Shown piece after piece: positions 58,395-64,000 of a stretch of DNA of 64,000 nt; the stretch's first letter is position 1; each line of letters begins with the position of its first letter. The notes beneath the pieces are model-generated. The model did not search any database. It was not told the DNA's origin and saw nothing but the letters and a program-made list of their open reading frames with translations. This DNA is from Sedimentisphaeraceae bacterium JB056 (GTDB taxonomy: Bacteria; Planctomycetota; Phycisphaerae; Sedimentisphaerales; Sedimentisphaeraceae), in the NCBI GenBank assembly GCA_044440125.1, contig JBITAJ010000002.1:1-64000 (forward strand), read 5' to 3'. Position numbers and translations under genes: made by a program.

Positions 58395-59723
58395 TTAATG
58401 ACCAATTGAAAGTTTAATGATTATATCGCTTCTATTAAGACCTAAGTTATCCAATTTAATTTCTGTACTATCCGCTCTTTGCCTGACTAATGCATTGCCA
58501 CCTGTCAAAACTCTGTGAGAGTGTATTTGAGGAAATTGTCCCAATTCAATGCTTGCCCCATTATAATTAAGAACATGAATATAAACAGTATCATCTCTAC
58601 GAGTTGATCCTCCCCAATTCAACGGCATTACTGGTCCAGCAGATGTAGCATAAATACTATCACCATTTTCAGCTAACCAATTTCCGATTTCTTTCAGACG
58701 CATCACCTGCCTGTCTTCAATCTCACCATTCGGCATAGGCCCTACATTGAGCAATAAATTACCTCCTCCACAAGCAGATAACACCAGACTTCTTACACAT
58801 TCCTCAAAAGTAAACATCTTCCCACCAGGCATCCACGACCACTGATCGCCAACAAGCGTAAGACAGGATTCCCAAGGCCTGTCGAGTTGGTAGTTACCAA
58901 TTCTTTGTTCCGGAGTATCAAAGTCACCCCAGAACTTCTCTGGACCATCGTTATAATCGGCAAGAATACTCAAGCGATTGTTTATTAATATACCTGGCTG
59001 CAACGAACGAGCCATAGTAAGAATACCCTCAATATCCCAATCTTTTTCTAAATCACTTTCACCAAAACTATCAAACCATAATATATCAACATTGCCATAA
59101 TTAGTGAGCAACTCTCTAAGCTGATCATGCATGAATTTATTATATTTTGAATTATCCCCTTGCAAGTAATCTTTATGATACCAATCACGCTGAGAATAAT
59201 ATATACCAAATCGAAGTCCTCCATTATGACATGCATCAGCCAACTCTCTGACTATATCACGCTTAAATGGTGTATTTGCAATATTATAATCAGAGTATTG
59301 TGTATGAAAATTCGAAAACCCATCATGGTGTTTTGCGGTAAACACTAGATATTTCATACCGGCATCCTGAGCTATCTGAACCCATTGCTCAGCATCAAAT
59401 TTAACAGGATTAAATTCCCTATAGAGATTATCATACTCATCAACTGGAACAAGCAATTTACCCGCCCCATCATCAGAAGGCAATAATTCATCATTGATAT
59501 CAAAAGGCCTCTTTGCATCACGGCACCAACTTATATCGCCACCAGCAATACTGATTGCCCCCCAATGTATAAACAAACCAAATTTGGCGTCACGAAACCA
59601 CTGCAACTCTTGAGGTGTCGCTCGCCATGGCTTGCCAAGCCCTATAGTTTGCTTATCAAAACTTGCATATTCAGTATTATCACTGCTTAAATTGTTCAAC
59701 TTTAATCCCATATCCATAATCAT
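58395..59723 (-). CDS. GH29 alpha-L-fucosidase
   Basis: Motifs WFRDAKFGLFIHWG, FTAKHHDGF, LWFD, NNR, TPEQ and NLLLNVGP. Confidence 0.95.
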   Translation of the reverse strand: MIMDMGLKLNNLSSDNTEYASFDKQTIGLGKPWRATPQELQWFRDAKFGLFIHWGAISIAGGDISWCRDAKRPFDINDELLPSDDGAGKLLVPVDEYDNLYREFNPVKFDAEQWVQIAQDAGMKYLVFTAKHHDGFSNFHTQYSDYNIANTPFKRDIVRELADACHNGGLRFGIYYSQRDWYHKDYLQGDNSKYNKFMHDQLRELLTNYGNVDILWFDSFGESDLEKDWDIEGILTMARSLQPGILINNRLSILADYNDGPEKFWGDFDTPEQRIGNYQLDRPWESCLTLVGDQWSWMPGGKMFTFEECVRSLVLSACGGGNLLLNVGPMPNGEIEDRQVMRLKEIGNWLAENGDSIYATSAGPVMPLNWGGSTRRDDTVYIHVLNYNGASIELGQFPQIHSHRVLTGGNALVRQRADSTEIKLDNLGLNRSDIIIKLSIGH

Positions 59724-59769
59724 AAATCATTAAAACTTAGTTTTCGACAAGAAAAAACACCCTTTGTCA

Positions 59770-62253
<2,484 letters not shown>

Positions 62254-62374
62254 ATTTATCCTTATCCAGATAAGTAAATAACTAATTGAAACCATGAATA
62301 TTTTTGTATAAATCTAATAGCATTAGCTATTTTCAGAACTCAACATATGTCATAATTTCTACTAAAAACAGTCA

Positions 62375-63895
62375 TCAATAACCCGGTATTTTTTTATCAT
62401 CCAATCCAACATAAGACCATGAATCATCTTCAACAGGCTGAATCTCAACTAAACAAATTTCATTCCTCTGGAGTTTCAGATTAATCTGAACGCAACCATT
62501 TTCAGTAACATCCTGCTTTGTCTCTAATTTAGGTACAGGTGCTTGATGAAGCGTATCGACTTGTTCTTTTGATGAGAAACGAGGTCTGCCAAGTTTACGC
62601 CAACAAGACCATGCATTGCCATATTCTTCGTTAACACGTTGATTTTTAACAAAAACCTTTCCAATCGACATTGGTATATCAATAGTAAAACTTGTCTCTC
62701 CAGAAACATCACGTGTCACAACAGGATTCCAAGCCACTAATATTATCGTTTTGTCAGCTCTCCTAGTCACAACCATATTCTCATCTTTGTAAAGTAATTC
62801 GTCACCCAATTTAGAAAAGAAAGCAAATAGATGAAATGTAGGCTTGCGTATTCCATGAAATCCTAACAATCCAAATCCTCCATGAAACATCGCCTTAGGT
62901 ACATCTTCTTCTTCAAACATATCCGAAAAAGTCCAATAAGAATAAGAATCACCAACATCTCCGCCATGACTAAGCAGATATCCCAAAAAAGCAGCATTCA
63001 ATGCGGTATCATGTATAGGTGATCTCGCTGAATATGAAGTATTATATTCGGTAATATGAAGCGGCAAATTAGAAAACGAAGATTTTTGTATACGCTGACG
63101 AGCATCACGGAATTGATTTAACGAATGAGCAACAGAATGCATGTCCTGATAAGTAAGCTCTCCCAAATGATTTCGAGACTTAGCTGCATAAGAATGAGTC
63201 GAAACAAAATCAACAGGAACATTTTCCTTGTCACACATTTCAAGAAACGGTGTTATCCAGTTAATACCTGCCGGGCAAGTTGCCGGACCTCCTACATGCA
63301 AATCCTGATCAATCTCCTTAATAGCACTTACAGTTTCTCGATAAAGTCTAAAATATTCTTCTTGTGTACCACTCCAGAAACCAGAACAATCCGGCTCATT
63401 CCAAACCTCAAAGGGCCACTTCAACACCTCTTCGCGACCATAACGGCACAAAAGATGCGAAACAAAGCCTTTCACTAATCTCTTCCATTCGCCATAATCT
63501 TTAGGTGGCGTCACATTACCCTTCCACCAAAATATAGTTTCTTCTCCAGATGCAAGATCATTGGGCATAAATCCCAACTCCACAAAAGGCCGAATCCCCT
63601 TATCAAGAAAACTATCATAAATCATATCCAAATATATAAAATTAAGATTTGTGCATTTAACCAAAGGGTCTTCCGTACGTTTCCACAATTGTCCGCGATA
63701 TATACCAACTGGGTCACTAAATAAACCATGTCCTCTGATATAATCAAAGCCAATTTCATCCTGTATAATACTCAAGGAATTTTGGTATTCCTGACGTAAC
63801 GCCAAACCTAAATGTCCTGTACCTATACATTTTCGCCAATTTAGCAAAAACTTCTTCGTGACCTCATCATTTTTAATGATAACTTTTTTACTCAT
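62375..63895 (-). CDS. GH39 beta-xylosidase
   Basis: Motifs YIRGHG, PFVELGFMP, FEVWNEP, ITEYN and YWTFSD.FEE. Confidence 0.95.
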   Translation of the reverse strand: MSKKVIIKNDEVTKKFLLNWRKCIGTGHLGLALRQEYQNSLSIIQDEIGFDYIRGHGLFSDPVGIYRGQLWKRTEDPLVKCTNLNFIYLDMIYDSFLDKGIRPFVELGFMPNDLASGEETIFWWKGNVTPPKDYGEWKRLVKGFVSHLLCRYGREEVLKWPFEVWNEPDCSGFWSGTQEEYFRLYRETVSAIKEIDQDLHVGGPATCPAGINWITPFLEMCDKENVPVDFVSTHSYAAKSRNHLGELTYQDMHSVAHSLNQFRDARQRIQKSSFSNLPLHITEYNTSYSARSPIHDTALNAAFLGYLLSHGGDVGDSYSYWTFSDMFEEEDVPKAMFHGGFGLLGFHGIRKPTFHLFAFFSKLGDELLYKDENMVVTRRADKTIILVAWNPVVTRDVSGETSFTIDIPMSIGKVFVKNQRVNEEYGNAWSCWRKLGRPRFSSKEQVDTLHQAPVPKLETKQDVTENGCVQINLKLQRNEICLVEIQPVEDDSWSYVGLDDKKIPGY

Positions 63896-63917
63896 AAAAT
63901 CTCATATCCATTTAACA

Positions 63918-64000
63918 TCATCGCTTCAAATTTGAAACTAATTCTAATTCTGCATACTCTTCGTATAAATGATAATAAGTCTTTGAAAGCTGAGGAGCCA
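63918..64000 (-). CDS. Possible 3' end of an upstream gene cut by the window edge
   Basis: Open frame APQLSKTYYHLYEEYAELELVSNLKR* ending just before the GH39 start. No motif support. Confidence 0.3.
   Translation of the reverse strand, partial: APQLSKTYYHLYEEYAELELVSNLKR

Overview
This 64-kb bacterial window most likely comes from a planctomycete (Phycisphaerae/Sedimentisphaerales-like). That assignment is inferred from the prepilin-type N-methylation proteins with H-x-DG tails, the single dockerin-like C-terminal motifs, a PEP-CTERM protein and the style of the transposase relics. Bases 1-5.3 kb hold a 5'-truncated Rhs polymorphic toxin with two internal domain insertions, followed by small membrane-protein genes. 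Bases 5.5-13.9 kb hold mostly ordinary genes: a PEP/pyruvate-binding protein, MipA, a CBM9-like lipoprotein, Maf, a receiver-only response regulator, a nitroreductase and a sulfatase. Bases 14.1-56.2 kb form a ~42-kb carbohydrate island. It is bracketed by a tRNA-Lys 3' remnant, a perfect 91-bp direct repeat (14191-14281 = 55876-55966), integrase-core transposase relics with terminal inverted repeats and a tyrosine-recombinase pseudogene. Inside are two paralogous minus-strand modules built from largely the same gene classes. Each has an autoregulated GntR, a prepilin-type protein, secreted FG-GAP propellers with half-dockerin or PEP-CTERM tails, atypical sialidase-fold enzymes, GHL10-like barrels, a Na+/solute symporter and a sugar phosphorylase (GH94 in one; GH65 plus beta-PGM in the other). 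A sugar redox/aldolase block separates the two modules. This repeated, SusCD-free, pilin/FG-GAP/half-dockerin glycan-utilisation architecture is the best candidate for an undescribed system. Bases 56.2-64 kb hold a signal-peptide-less GH39/GH95/GH29/esterase/DUF2961 cluster. All family calls come from motif recognition by eye; no database searches were run.
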